The notes under the pieces are model-generated. The model did not search any database. It was not told the DNA's origin and saw only the letters and a list, made by a program, of their open reading frames with translations. A DNA stretch of 64,000 nt from a bacterium (GTDB lineage Bacteria; Bdellovibrionota_C; UBA2361; CALJRW01): assembly GCA_031385045.1 (NCBI GenBank), contig JANNBC010000028.1, forward strand, positions 1 to 64,000, given 5' to 3'. Shown in pieces: positions 37,043 through 46,318 of this stretch; position 1 is the stretch's first letter, and the number at the start of each line of letters is the position of its first letter. Made by a program: the position numbers and the translations under genes.

Positions 37043-39262
37043 CTAGATTCCATAACGCTTGCCACCACTATTTTTTTCTTCTACTGGTAGCTCAATCACA
37101 AATCGTGTCCCATGCGGTTGATTTTCAAAAACTTTAATCTTACCTTGATGATCTGCTACGATTGTTGCAACGATTGCTAGCCCTAAGCCACTACCATCTA
37201 TTTTCGTCGTAAAGTATGGATCAAAAATCCGTGGACGATCTTCTGAGGTGATCCCAATTCCATTATCGCCAATTTCTAGAACAGCTAGACGGGGAGAAGC
37301 TTGTTTGGTAGTAATTTTCACTAGGCCATTAGTTGGTTTCTTGAGCTGAATAGCCGAAATCGCATTGTCAATTAAATTTGTAATACAGCGACGAAACTGT
37401 GCGGTGTCTAAAGCAACCGGCTTTAGTTTTAAGTCTGCTTCAAAAGCAATTTTAAAATTTATTTGTTTATCTTCGTAAGATTGTAGGACTTCGGCAATTA
37501 AATCATTTAGATCTGAACTTGTAAGCTCCGCAAGGGGTAGGCGTGCGAATTTAGAGAACTCGTCGATTAACACCCTAATTACTTCCGTATTTTGTACGAT
37601 AGTTTCTGCTGCTTTTTCCCTTTGTGTTAAGTTTAAGTTTTCACCCTGCTGGATAATTCTTTGCGCTGAAAGTTTAATGGGGGTTAGGGGATTCTTAATT
37701 TCATGAGCTAGCCTTCTGGCTGCTTCACGCCAAGTAGCAATCTTTTGAGCTTGAATTAAATCACTAATGTCATCAAATAGAATTACGGTTCCTAGAGTTT
37801 GATTATCCTGGTTAATAACTTTCCCAATGGTGACAATAATTTCTTTTTGTTGATTATTAATCTGACAGGTAATTTTTTTCTGTACAATGTCAGAATCCAA
37901 ATCTTGGTAGCGCTGCTTTAATAGAAAGGGCACAACGAAGTCATGAATTTTCTGAAAATTTGTCGAGCTTAAAAGTTCTTGCATGTTTAAGTTTGCTGAT
38001 TGCTCTAGGAGGTAGTCTGGGAAAAGCCGGCGGGCAGCTTGGTTGGCTGCGATTAACAAGTTGTCTTGATCTAGGCCAATTACCGCAACTGATAGATTAT
38101 CAAGGATTGTTTCCGTGTAAATTCGACGAAGGTTAAGCTCCTCTTCGCTAGTTTTTAAATCTTGCACCATTTCATTAAAGGATTCTGTTAGTTCGCTGAG
38201 TTCATCATCACCTTGGGTGGTAATTTGGATTTGATAATTTCCGGCGGCCACTTCTTTTGTACCAGCTGAAAGTTGTCTTAGAGGTTCAGAAATTTCCCGA
38301 GCTAGATAAAATCCAAACCAGATTGCTGAAAATAAAATGATACCTGTAATAATTGCTAAGCTTAGGAGGTAGCTAGCTTTAAGCGGTGTTTTAAAAAGTT
38401 GCAATTGACCATACTCTTTAAAACCACGTTGAATTGCTTCCAGGCTGCTGGTAATTTCAGGATCAATCCTTTTAGTTAAGATTAAAACGAGAGTTTTATT
38501 TTCTCTAGCAACCAGTTGGTAAAGTCGGATAAATTGATTACTGCCGATATTTTCAACTAGAATTCGCTGATTTTGTTCTTGATTAGGAAAGTTCTTATTA
38601 TTTATTTTTGGCTCGGCTAAATCTGGGATTTCGTTAATGATACTACGGTCTGCTAGTATTTCTTGCCCCTCTTGATCATAGATCGCTAAAGAGAATAACT
38701 GTTGTTTATTACGCAATTCTCCTAAAAGACTTTTCGTCGAAAGTTCGTCATCTAAGATGCTCAGACTATTTTTAATAACAGAGGCAACTTGTCCAGAATC
38801 CTCCAACAAGCTTTGCTTTTCTTGTTCGATATAGGTTTGAGAAATAAATAGGGCATTGTTCACAACGGAAGTTACCTGTGCATTAAACCAGCCGGAGGTG
38901 GCCCGCGAGATCAGCCCCGTTGCTAAAAAAAACATAATTAGAGTAGGGATTAAGGTTAGTAGTAGAAAAGCACTAACTAACTTTTGGCGTAGTTTGGATC
39001 CTAAGATCTTATTTCGTCGGTCAAAGAAAAGTTTGATTAAGTTTCGCCCAACGGCAAAGCCTAAGGCGACTAGCAATAATAAATTAAGGTTAAATAAGCC
39101 AACAATGAAAATACTTTTTGAGGAGCTTCCCGTTAGGCTTTCTGGTTGAATAAAGAGAATGGAGCAGGCTACAACAAAGGTTAAAAGGACAAAGATTGTC
39201 CACCGAGTGGTTAGGCTTTTTCTTAGCCAACGCAAAAAAGTTTGGATGGCTTGGAGAATCAT
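37043..39262 (-). CDS. ntrY: NtrY-like sensor histidine kinase (HAMP-PAS-HisKA-HATPase)
   Basis: WREAARRLAHEIKNPLTPI, EFSKFARLP, DNGIG, FDPYFTTK..GSGLGL. Confidence 0.88.
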   Translation of the reverse strand: MILQAIQTFLRWLRKSLTTRWTIFVLLTFVVACSILFIQPESLTGSSSKSIFIVGLFNLNLLLLVALGFAVGRNLIKLFFDRRNKILGSKLRQKLVSAFLLLTLIPTLIMFFLATGLISRATSGWFNAQVTSVVNNALFISQTYIEQEKQSLLEDSGQVASVIKNSLSILDDELSTKSLLGELRNKQQLFSLAIYDQEGQEILADRSIINEIPDLAEPKINNKNFPNQEQNQRILVENIGSNQFIRLYQLVARENKTLVLILTKRIDPEITSSLEAIQRGFKEYGQLQLFKTPLKASYLLSLAIITGIILFSAIWFGFYLAREISEPLRQLSAGTKEVAAGNYQIQITTQGDDELSELTESFNEMVQDLKTSEEELNLRRIYTETILDNLSVAVIGLDQDNLLIAANQAARRLFPDYLLEQSANLNMQELLSSTNFQKIHDFVVPFLLKQRYQDLDSDIVQKKITCQINNQQKEIIVTIGKVINQDNQTLGTVILFDDISDLIQAQKIATWREAARRLAHEIKNPLTPIKLSAQRIIQQGENLNLTQREKAAETIVQNTEVIRVLIDEFSKFARLPLAELTSSDLNDLIAEVLQSYEDKQINFKIAFEADLKLKPVALDTAQFRRCITNLIDNAISAIQLKKPTNGLVKITTKQASPRLAVLEIGDNGIGITSEDRPRIFDPYFTTKIDGSGLGLAIVATIVADHQGKIKVFENQPHGTRFVIELPVEEKNSGGKRYGI

Positions 39263-39810
39263 TTCAAGTTTAAAGGAAAATTTTTCCAGCCAGTACTAAA
39301 TCCACTAAGTCTTAAGAACCCCAAGGTTAGATAATAAGATAATTCAGAGAAGGTTTTGCTATATTCACCACGACATTCTGAGAAGCCCCGAGCTTGAAGA
39401 TAACTAGTAGGAGTTAAGTTAGCTTTCTTAAAAAATTCTAGATTGAAATCTTCCATTGTTCTGAGCGCAATTAATGCTTGTTCTCGATGTTCAAAAGTTT
39501 GTCCCTCAGGGAGTTTCTGATCTCGGTGTCGGTCAGTAATTATTTGATAAGAATTACTGATTGGATTCCAAGAAAGAAAATGAGTTTCTACCATTGTCTT
39601 GGAGCAATTACCCCAAAAGTATTTCGCATCACAAACTTTTATTTCAAAGCGATAGCGAATTTCTTGCCCATTATCTAAGCATTCCTTCACAATGGAGTCT
39701 TTGCCTGTCACTTCGATCGAGAGAATTTTGGGATTTAAATTATTTTTTTGAACATTAAGCTCAGGACTTGCTAGTACGATTAATAATGGAAAAAATATTT
39801 TTGCTAGCAT
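39259..39810 (-). CDS. DUF4390-like periplasmic protein
   Basis: Signal-like N-terminus, LSWNPISNSY; typical position upstream of ntrY. Confidence 0.55.
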   Translation of the reverse strand: MLAKIFFPLLIVLASPELNVQKNNLNPKILSIEVTGKDSIVKECLDNGQEIRYRFEIKVCDAKYFWGNCSKTMVETHFLSWNPISNSYQIITDRHRDQKLPEGQTFEHREQALIALRTMEDFNLEFFKKANLTPTSYLQARGFSECRGEYSKTFSELSYYLTLGFLRLSGFSTGWKNFPLNLK

Positions 39811-40868
39811 TACAGTAACTTTAAGTTGTCATTAGGTTTGATACTAAGCCCCAGATGCAAGTAAGCTTCTTCCGTCACTACTCGACCTCGGGGAGTTCGA
39901 GCTAATAGTCCTGCCTGAATTAGAAATGGTTCATAAACATCTTCGATTGTTTCTCTTTCTTCAGATAAGCCAACAGCTAGGGTTTCTAAGCCAACTGGCC
40001 CACCTTTAAAGTTCTCAATGATAATCTTTAGTAGCGATCTGTCCATTTGAGTTAGTCCGAGTTGATCAATTTCTAAGAGGCTCATGGCGCCTTGTACCGC
40101 ATCACGATCGATAACTCCGGTCCCTTTTTCTTGAGCAAAGTCACGAACCCGTTTTAGAATTTTGTTAGCAATTCTTGGTGTGCCCCTAGATCTTTGACCA
40201 ATTTCTAAGGCTGCCTGATTTTCAATGCTAATTGATAGTAAATCTGCGGATCTCAAAACAATTTGTTGTAGTTCCATAGGGGAATAAAACTCTAATCGGG
40301 CTGTGATTCCAAAACGATCTCTTAGGGGAGATGTTAGCATTCCAGATCTAGTTGTTGCTCCAATCAGAGTAAAAGGTTTTAGAGGAATTTTAACTGATTT
40401 AGCGGCTGGCCCTTGTCCAATTAGGATATCAATTTCAAAGTCTTCCATCGCTGGATAAAGCACTTCTTCAACAACTCTTGGTAGTCGATGAATCTCATCA
40501 ATAAATAAAACTGAGTTGGCTTCCAGGGAAGTGAGCATCGCAGCTAAATCCCCAGGTCTTTCAATCACTGGTCCGGAGGTGCTTTTAAAATTTGTTCCTA
40601 GTTGATTAGAGACAATTCGAGCTAGGGATGTTTTTCCAAGTCCAGGTGGCCCATACAATAAAACATGGTCTAAAGGTTCTGAGCGGTTCTTAGCAGCTTG
40701 GCAGGCAATCTGGAGATTCTCCTTTGTTTTATCTTGACCGATATAATTGTCAAAGGCGGTGGGGCGTAATTTAATAAAACTGATTTCTTCAGGGTTAAGT
40801 GGGGATTCTTCTGTTAAATCGGCACTTAACCAAGTGGTGATCTCATCTAAATTATTACTGGTACTCAT
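39810..40868 (-). CDS. ruvB: Holliday junction DNA helicase RuvB
   Basis: [35 protein letters not shown]. Confidence 0.98.
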   Translation of the reverse strand: MSTSNNLDEITTWLSADLTEESPLNPEEISFIKLRPTAFDNYIGQDKTKENLQIACQAAKNRSEPLDHVLLYGPPGLGKTSLARIVSNQLGTNFKSTSGPVIERPGDLAAMLTSLEANSVLFIDEIHRLPRVVEEVLYPAMEDFEIDILIGQGPAAKSVKIPLKPFTLIGATTRSGMLTSPLRDRFGITARLEFYSPMELQQIVLRSADLLSISIENQAALEIGQRSRGTPRIANKILKRVRDFAQEKGTGVIDRDAVQGAMSLLEIDQLGLTQMDRSLLKIIIENFKGGPVGLETLAVGLSEERETIEDVYEPFLIQAGLLARTPRGRVVTEEAYLHLGLSIKPNDNLKLL

Positions 40869-40971
40869 TAGCGCAGTATATACTTAAAAGTGAAAGGTTT
40901 TCCAGCTCAGAAAGTTTTATCTTAAGTCAGGTCTGAATTGACTAAGACAGAAATGTTAGTAGATTATTGCA

Positions 40972-41277
40972 ATGCTCTATCATCGTCCAGAAACAGTCTA
41001 TTCGCCTAGTGATTATAATGAGTTGCTGAATTTATTTAAGGATAAAATAAGTATTGATATAATTCTTTTTAGGACCAAAGAGGCGGTAGAATTAATCAAG
41101 AAAGCAATCGATGCTGGTCATTTACAGGAGAGTAAGGTTGATTCTGGTAGTCGAAACTTACTTTTTTTGACTAAAATAGGGTCTCGAATATTGCCTGTCG
41201 ACAAAATAGCTAAATTTAATGCATTATGTACTAGGTTTTTATATTCATCTTGCTCCTTAGTATATTTAGAGTCATGA
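40972..41277 (+). CDS. Small hypothetical protein
   Basis: TTGACT-N16-TAGATT upstream (40938-40965); ATGA overlap with the next gene. Confidence 0.4.
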   Translation: MLYHRPETVYSPSDYNELLNLFKDKISIDIILFRTKEAVELIKKAIDAGHLQESKVDSGSRNLLFLTKIGSRILPVDKIAKFNALCTRFLYSSCSLVYLES

Positions 41278-41900
41278 AGCGAATTAGCTTTTTTCTTGTT
41301 TTCGTCATTTTAGTTTCCTCTAATGCTTGGGCTGGGCCAATTTACGTGTATCGTGAATCAGATGGGACGAAAAGATTTACTACTAAAAAGCCACCAAGTA
41401 GTTTTGATGCGGAAGTCTATAGCGCTAGTGGGAAGTTCTCACGCTATAAGGGGAATGGTGTGCGATATTCAATTTCTCCAGCCTCTGTTTACAGCTATTC
41501 TCGGATTCGACCACTTAATAATAAAAAGTTTGATCAGATTATTGCCAGTGCTTCTGTTAAGCATGGCCTTGCTCAAAACTTAATTAAGGCTGTCATTCAT
41601 GCTGAGTCTGGTTTTAATCCCCATGCAGTCTCACCAAAAGGTGCTTTAGGTCTAATGCAATTAATGCCTTTTAACTTAAGAACTTACGGAGTTAAAGATC
41701 CCTATTCGCCAGAGCAAAATATTAATGGTGGGACAAAAATGCTTTCCAGGCTATTAAATCAGTATTCTGGGAATATTAGTTTAGCACTTGCTGCTTACAA
41801 TGCTGGTGAAGGGGCTGTCCAAAAATATCGTGGGGTTCCACCATTTGCTGAGACTGTTAACTATGTCAGGAAGGTCTTGAGACTTAAGGCGATGTATTAA
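41274..41900 (+). CDS. Lytic transglycosylase (SLT) with N-terminal DUF4124-like domain
   Basis: Signal peptide, AES.FNP.AVS.KGA.GLMQL, AAYNAG, ETVNYV. Confidence 0.92.
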   Translation: MKRISFFLVFVILVSSNAWAGPIYVYRESDGTKRFTTKKPPSSFDAEVYSASGKFSRYKGNGVRYSISPASVYSYSRIRPLNNKKFDQIIASASVKHGLAQNLIKAVIHAESGFNPHAVSPKGALGLMQLMPFNLRTYGVKDPYSPEQNINGGTKMLSRLLNQYSGNISLALAAYNAGEGAVQKYRGVPPFAETVNYVRKVLRLKAMY

Positions 41901-42012
41901 CAAAGCTTAGGAGCTTTAGTCTATACCGTTAATTTTTCACATATACTATATTTACAAAAAACACTCTAGGCTTAAGCATTTCCAGAGCATTACAATTAGC
42001 TAAAAATTTCCC

Positions 42013-42612
42013 ATGATTCGCTATAAATCAAATTTACCGAACAACCTAACTGTCCTGCGACTAGTCCTCATCCCCGTGTTTGTAGTTTTAATTGAATTGG
42101 AAAGCTTTGTCTGGGCGGCTGCTTTGTTTGCGATTGCCGCAATCACTGACTACTTAGATGGTTACTTAGCTCGTAAGTTAAAATTAGTTAGTGATTTTGG
42201 TAAGTTAATGGATCCCTTGGCAGATAAACTCTTAGTAATGTCGGCATTAATTATGTTAGTGGGACAAAGAGATTTGTTTAATGCTGCTCCTTATGTCCCA
42301 GCTTGGATTGTAGTTATGGTTTTGGCACGAGAGACATGGGTAACTGGCTTAAGGGGTTTAGCTGCTAGCTCAGGTAAAATTGTTGCTGCAAGTAGTGCTG
42401 GGAAAATTAAAAGTTTTTTACAGATGTTAGCAATCGTTTTTTTGCTCCTTCACCGCATGCCCCTTTTTGAAATTGCCTCTTATGAAATCAACGCTAATTT
42501 CATTGGAATGAGACTATTAATTGTTTCTTTAGTTTTCTCTTATTGGGGGGCTTTGGAATATACCTTTCTAATCCTTGGTAGTGATAAAACTCAGGTTGAC
42601 TTGGAAGAATAG
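42013..42612 (+). CDS. pgsA: CDP-diacylglycerol--glycerol-3-phosphate 3-phosphatidyltransferase
   Basis: PN.LT.LR, TDYLDGYLARK..FGKLMDPLADK. Confidence 0.96.
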   Translation: MIRYKSNLPNNLTVLRLVLIPVFVVLIELESFVWAAALFAIAAITDYLDGYLARKLKLVSDFGKLMDPLADKLLVMSALIMLVGQRDLFNAAPYVPAWIVVMVLARETWVTGLRGLAASSGKIVAASSAGKIKSFLQMLAIVFLLLHRMPLFEIASYEINANFIGMRLLIVSLVFSYWGALEYTFLILGSDKTQVDLEE

Positions 42613-42677
42613 CATCCTAGCCGACATCCCTAATTACTTCTAAATAATAATTTGTTTCTGCCATTACTACAAAGTAC

Positions 42678-42706
42678 TTGAAGTAAAGAAGCATTCTCGC
42701 TATAAC
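42678..42706 (+). promoter_or_regulatory. Putative sigma70 promoter for smc
   Basis: TTGAAG-N17-TATAAC. Confidence 0.45.
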
Positions 42707-42830
42707 AAATTAGCAATCTATGGATCTCAAGGAATCAAGATTTTCCTTGTTTTTAAGCAATCTTATGGAAGAAAGTCCTTCCCCCAGAAGCTTTGATTGT
42801 CGCTGTTTTTTTTGTAATTAAGAATTTGTA

Positions 42831-45800
42831 ATGCAAGTAAGTCGTATTGAAATATTTGGGTTTAAGTCCTTTATGGACCGATTAGTTTTATCATTGGATT
42901 CTGGAGTTACTGGAATTGTTGGGCCGAATGGTTGTGGTAAATCAAATATTGTTGATGCGGTTCGCTGGGTACTTGGAGAGACTAGGGCTAAGAACCTGCG
43001 TGGTGGTGTTCTCGAGGATGTTATTTTTAATGGAACAGAAAAGCTTCGACCTCTCGGCTTAGCAGAAGTTTCACTGTGTTTAAAATCCCAAGGAGAAAAC
43101 TTTCTAGAAGATTTAATTTCCCCTGATCTGGAAGCACGGTTAATCGCTGAAATGTCAGAAGATAGCGAAGGCGCAGATAGTGAAGAGGAAGTCTCGGATC
43201 CATCAGAAATAAATGAAACGGGTTTAGAACTTACTGATGGTGGCGTAAAGGCTGATTTATCTGAAGAAGAAGCCTCGATGGATCTACGTTCAAAGATGGA
43301 AATCTCCCGTGCTAACATTGCCAGTCTGAGCGTGGGAAGTTTATTAGAGAAGTTTTCTTGGTTAAAAAATGCCAGTGAAGTTCAAGTTACAAGACGTCTA
43401 TATCGTAGTGGGGAGTCTGAGTGTTTTATTAACCGTGTGCCTTGTCGTTTAAAAGATTTAAAAGACTTTTTTCGCGCCGTTGGATTAAGTGCTAAGGGCT
43501 TTACAATTGTTGCTCAAGGAGAAATTTCTAATATTATTACTTCCAAGCCAGAGCAGCGACGTAAGCTTTTAGAAGAAGCTGCTGGAGTACAAGGTTTTCG
43601 TGATCGAATTAATTCTACTCAATCCAGGTTAAACGAAACAACTGCTAATATTGAAAGACTTGATGATATTATCAAGGAAGTCAGTCGTCAGGTGGCAACC
43701 CTGAGACGCCAAGCAACTCGGGCGGAGAATCGGGAAGAGTTAAAAGCTGAGATTATTGAATTAGATTGGCAAATCTATCGACATCAGTTAGTCACCTTAC
43801 AGCAAAGAGGAGAGCAGATTAAAGCTAAACTTGCTGAAGCATTATCAACGGAGGAGTCTGCCGATCAGAAATTTCAGGAGTCTCGTGGCAACGATCTCGC
43901 CCTTCGGAATGAGCTAGTGGAGCTTGATACTCAAAGTGATACCTTTCGGACCCAATTAGATCAGTTTCGAAACCAGCTTACTGCAATAGTTAACGAGCGA
44001 GCTAAGAGAGCAAATCGTTTAAGTCAGTTGAAAAGTAGTTTAAGCTCTGCCGAGAATGAGCAGAAGTCTTTTATCGAGCGAGTTCAAGTTTTATCGGAAC
44101 GAGAAGAACAAGCTAAGACTGGCCAGGAAGAAATTAAAAAGTTACGTGCTGAGTTACAACAAGAGATTGATCAGGTTGATCAAAAATCTAATCAAGTCGC
44201 TGAACAGTCATATCAAACTCTGAAGCAGCTTCGAGAAAAATTACAAGAAAAAGAGAAAGAGTATCGACGTCTTAGAGAATCTTCTGTCTCTTACAATACA
44301 GAATTTAATACTCTTTCTAAGCAAATTGAATCAAATCTAAAACCACATGAGCTAAAAAATTTAGCGCGGGAATTAGGCCTTGGGCAAGATTTAAAAGTTT
44401 TACTTGATGGAATTAAAGTTGAAAAGCAGTATGCGGAAGCTTTAGAAGCAGTGTTAAGTGATAGTGCCTCTTTTATTATCAATGACAATCCTCAAGCTCT
44501 AGCTAAAAGCTTTGCTAGTAAAAATTTAAAAGCAAAAATTTCACTTGGGATAATTAAGTCAGAAGTTACTTCCGAGATCAAGCTACTGGAGACTCCTTTT
44601 CCAGCTTTGTACTCACTGATCTCTTGTGAGCCAGAATTTAGTAGTGCAGTGTGGAGTGTTGTTAAGGATTATTATTTAGTTCCAAATTTAGATCAGGCTT
44701 GGGAGTATTTTCAAAAAAATCCCGAGTCTAAGATTCGCTTAGTAACCCCCGAAGGTGTTTTGGTTCAGCCTAATTTAGTTTACTTTGCTTCAAAGAGTAG
44801 TGGTTTGTTAAAGATTAAAGCTCGCATTGAAGAACTTTCGGCATTAATCACTCAAAATAATTCTGACTTAGAAGTTACTAAGATAGCGCAAGAGCAATTG
44901 GCACTGGAACTTAAAAATGCCCAAAGAACTTATGATGCTGAACAAGCTGAGATTCGTGCTACGCAAGCAAGGACTCGAGAGTTAGTGAATCGCTTAGGAG
45001 CATTAAATGGTCGTTTGCAAGCTGAGTCACGAGTGATTGATCAGATCTCTTTTGATTTATCAAAGGTCAGAGCCTCAATTGAAAGTAATAAGCAACGTAT
45101 CTCTCAGGTAACTCTGGAGCTAGTCGATTTTGAAAATCAGCCTGGCCTTGATTCTGAGCAAGAAACTAAGCTTCAGTTAGAATTAGAAAGATGCACGGCG
45201 AGTTATCAGGAGCATGAAGTTAAGCATAAAGCTATGCGACAAGAATATCAGGCTGTTAATAATCAAATTAATGAACTGAGAGATCGCTTAGATGCAGCTA
45301 GACGTCAAACTTCAGAAGTTCGTTTGTTAGAGCAAAAAAGAGATTTAGAGCAGTTATCCACTATTGAAAAAATTGTTGCTGACTATGGTGAGAATTATGC
45401 GGAGAATTTTCCAGTTACTAATTTAACTGAAGGAAGTTTGATGGATAACACGCTATTTAGCTCTGCCCGTGAGAAATTAGGTCAATTAAAGTCTCGCTTG
45501 ATCCGCGAAGGTGAGATTGATCCTGAGTCGATTATTAGATATCAAGAAGAAAGCGAGCGACTGGCTGATTTAGAATTACAGCGTAAAGATCTATCTGATG
45601 CTCTAAAAACAATTAGACAGTCTTTGGAACAGTTGACGATTACCTCAGTTAAACGTTTTCAAGAGACTTTTTCTAAAGTTTCCGAGAATTTTTCTCGCTT
45701 AATCCCAAAGCTCTTTGGTGGTGGAATGGGCAGTTTAGAGTTAACAGATCCAAATAATCCCTTAGATTCTGGTCTAGATATTGTTGCTAAGCCTCCTGGG

Positions 45801-46121
45801 AAAAAATTAAAGAGTATCGACTTAATGTCTGGTGGTGAAAAAGCAATGTGTGCCACTGCTTTAATTGTAAGTATGTTTTTAGTTCGACCAAGTCCACTTT
45901 GTATTTTGGATGAGGTTGATGCGCCCCTAGATGAGGCGAATTTAGGCCGGTTCTTATCGGTAATTAAAGAAATGAGTTCTGAAACACAATTTTTGTTAGT
46001 TACTCACAACAAGCAATCGATGTCGATGGCTGATAAGCTTGTTGGTGTGACTATGGAGCAACCTGGTTCCACTAAAGTCTTACAAGTTAGCCTGCAAGAT
46101 GCTTATTCTCATGTTGCCTAG
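42831..46121 (+). CDS. smc: Chromosome segregation protein SMC
   Basis: GFKSF, GPNGCGKSN, Q-loop AQGEI, MSGGEK, LDEVDAPLD, VTH. Confidence 0.95.
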   Translation: MQVSRIEIFGFKSFMDRLVLSLDSGVTGIVGPNGCGKSNIVDAVRWVLGETRAKNLRGGVLEDVIFNGTEKLRPLGLAEVSLCLKSQGENFLEDLISPDLEARLIAEMSEDSEGADSEEEVSDPSEINETGLELTDGGVKADLSEEEASMDLRSKMEISRANIASLSVGSLLEKFSWLKNASEVQVTRRLYRSGESECFINRVPCRLKDLKDFFRAVGLSAKGFTIVAQGEISNIITSKPEQRRKLLEEAAGVQGFRDRINSTQSRLNETTANIERLDDIIKEVSRQVATLRRQATRAENREELKAEIIELDWQIYRHQLVTLQQRGEQIKAKLAEALSTEESADQKFQESRGNDLALRNELVELDTQSDTFRTQLDQFRNQLTAIVNERAKRANRLSQLKSSLSSAENEQKSFIERVQVLSEREEQAKTGQEEIKKLRAELQQEIDQVDQKSNQVAEQSYQTLKQLREKLQEKEKEYRRLRESSVSYNTEFNTLSKQIESNLKPHELKNLARELGLGQDLKVLLDGIKVEKQYAEALEAVLSDSASFIINDNPQALAKSFASKNLKAKISLGIIKSEVTSEIKLLETPFPALYSLISCEPEFSSAVWSVVKDYYLVPNLDQAWEYFQKNPESKIRLVTPEGVLVQPNLVYFASKSSGLLKIKARIEELSALITQNNSDLEVTKIAQEQLALELKNAQRTYDAEQAEIRATQARTRELVNRLGALNGRLQAESRVIDQISFDLSKVRASIESNKQRISQVTLELVDFENQPGLDSEQETKLQLELERCTASYQEHEVKHKAMRQEYQAVNNQINELRDRLDAARRQTSEVRLLEQKRDLEQLSTIEKIVADYGENYAENFPVTNLTEGSLMDNTLFSSAREKLGQLKSRLIREGEIDPESIIRYQEESERLADLELQRKDLSDALKTIRQSLEQLTITSVKRFQETFSKVSENFSRLIPKLFGGGMGSLELTDPNNPLDSGLDIVAKPPGKKLKSIDLMSGGEKAMCATALIVSMFLVRPSPLCILDEVDAPLDEANLGRFLSVIKEMSSETQFLLVTHNKQSMSMADKLVGVTMEQPGSTKVLQVSLQDAYSHVA

Positions 46122-46172
46122 ATCATTGCCTTGAGGAAGCGCTATTGAACATCAATTTATAAGGTAATTACC

Positions 46173-46240
46173 CAACTGCTTCGCACTTGATCGGCTAATT
46201 GCCGTTTAATTTTCATTAATTTTCAATATCACTTGGTATA
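46173..46240. repeat. Partial copy of the dispersed repeat at 51-118
   Basis: tgcttcgcacttgat and taattttcaat.tcactt.gtata at the same 40-nt offset as in copy 1. Confidence 0.65.
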
Positions 46241-46318
46241 ACTCCTGTTGTCTAGGGCAGTGATTTGATTTAATCTAAAACAACGCGGTATCTCCCCATT
46301 TAATTATTTAAGCCCTCT

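Noticed and set aside
42613..42830. tRNA genes, which often follow pgsA
   Set aside because: No cloverleaf, T-loop GTTCRA or CCA end was seen.
42818..43318. 166-aa antisense ORF
   Set aside because: Shadow of smc on the opposite strand.
43090..43365. SMC insertion as an intein
   Set aside because: Too short and acidic, with no C-terminal HN plus nucleophile splice motif.
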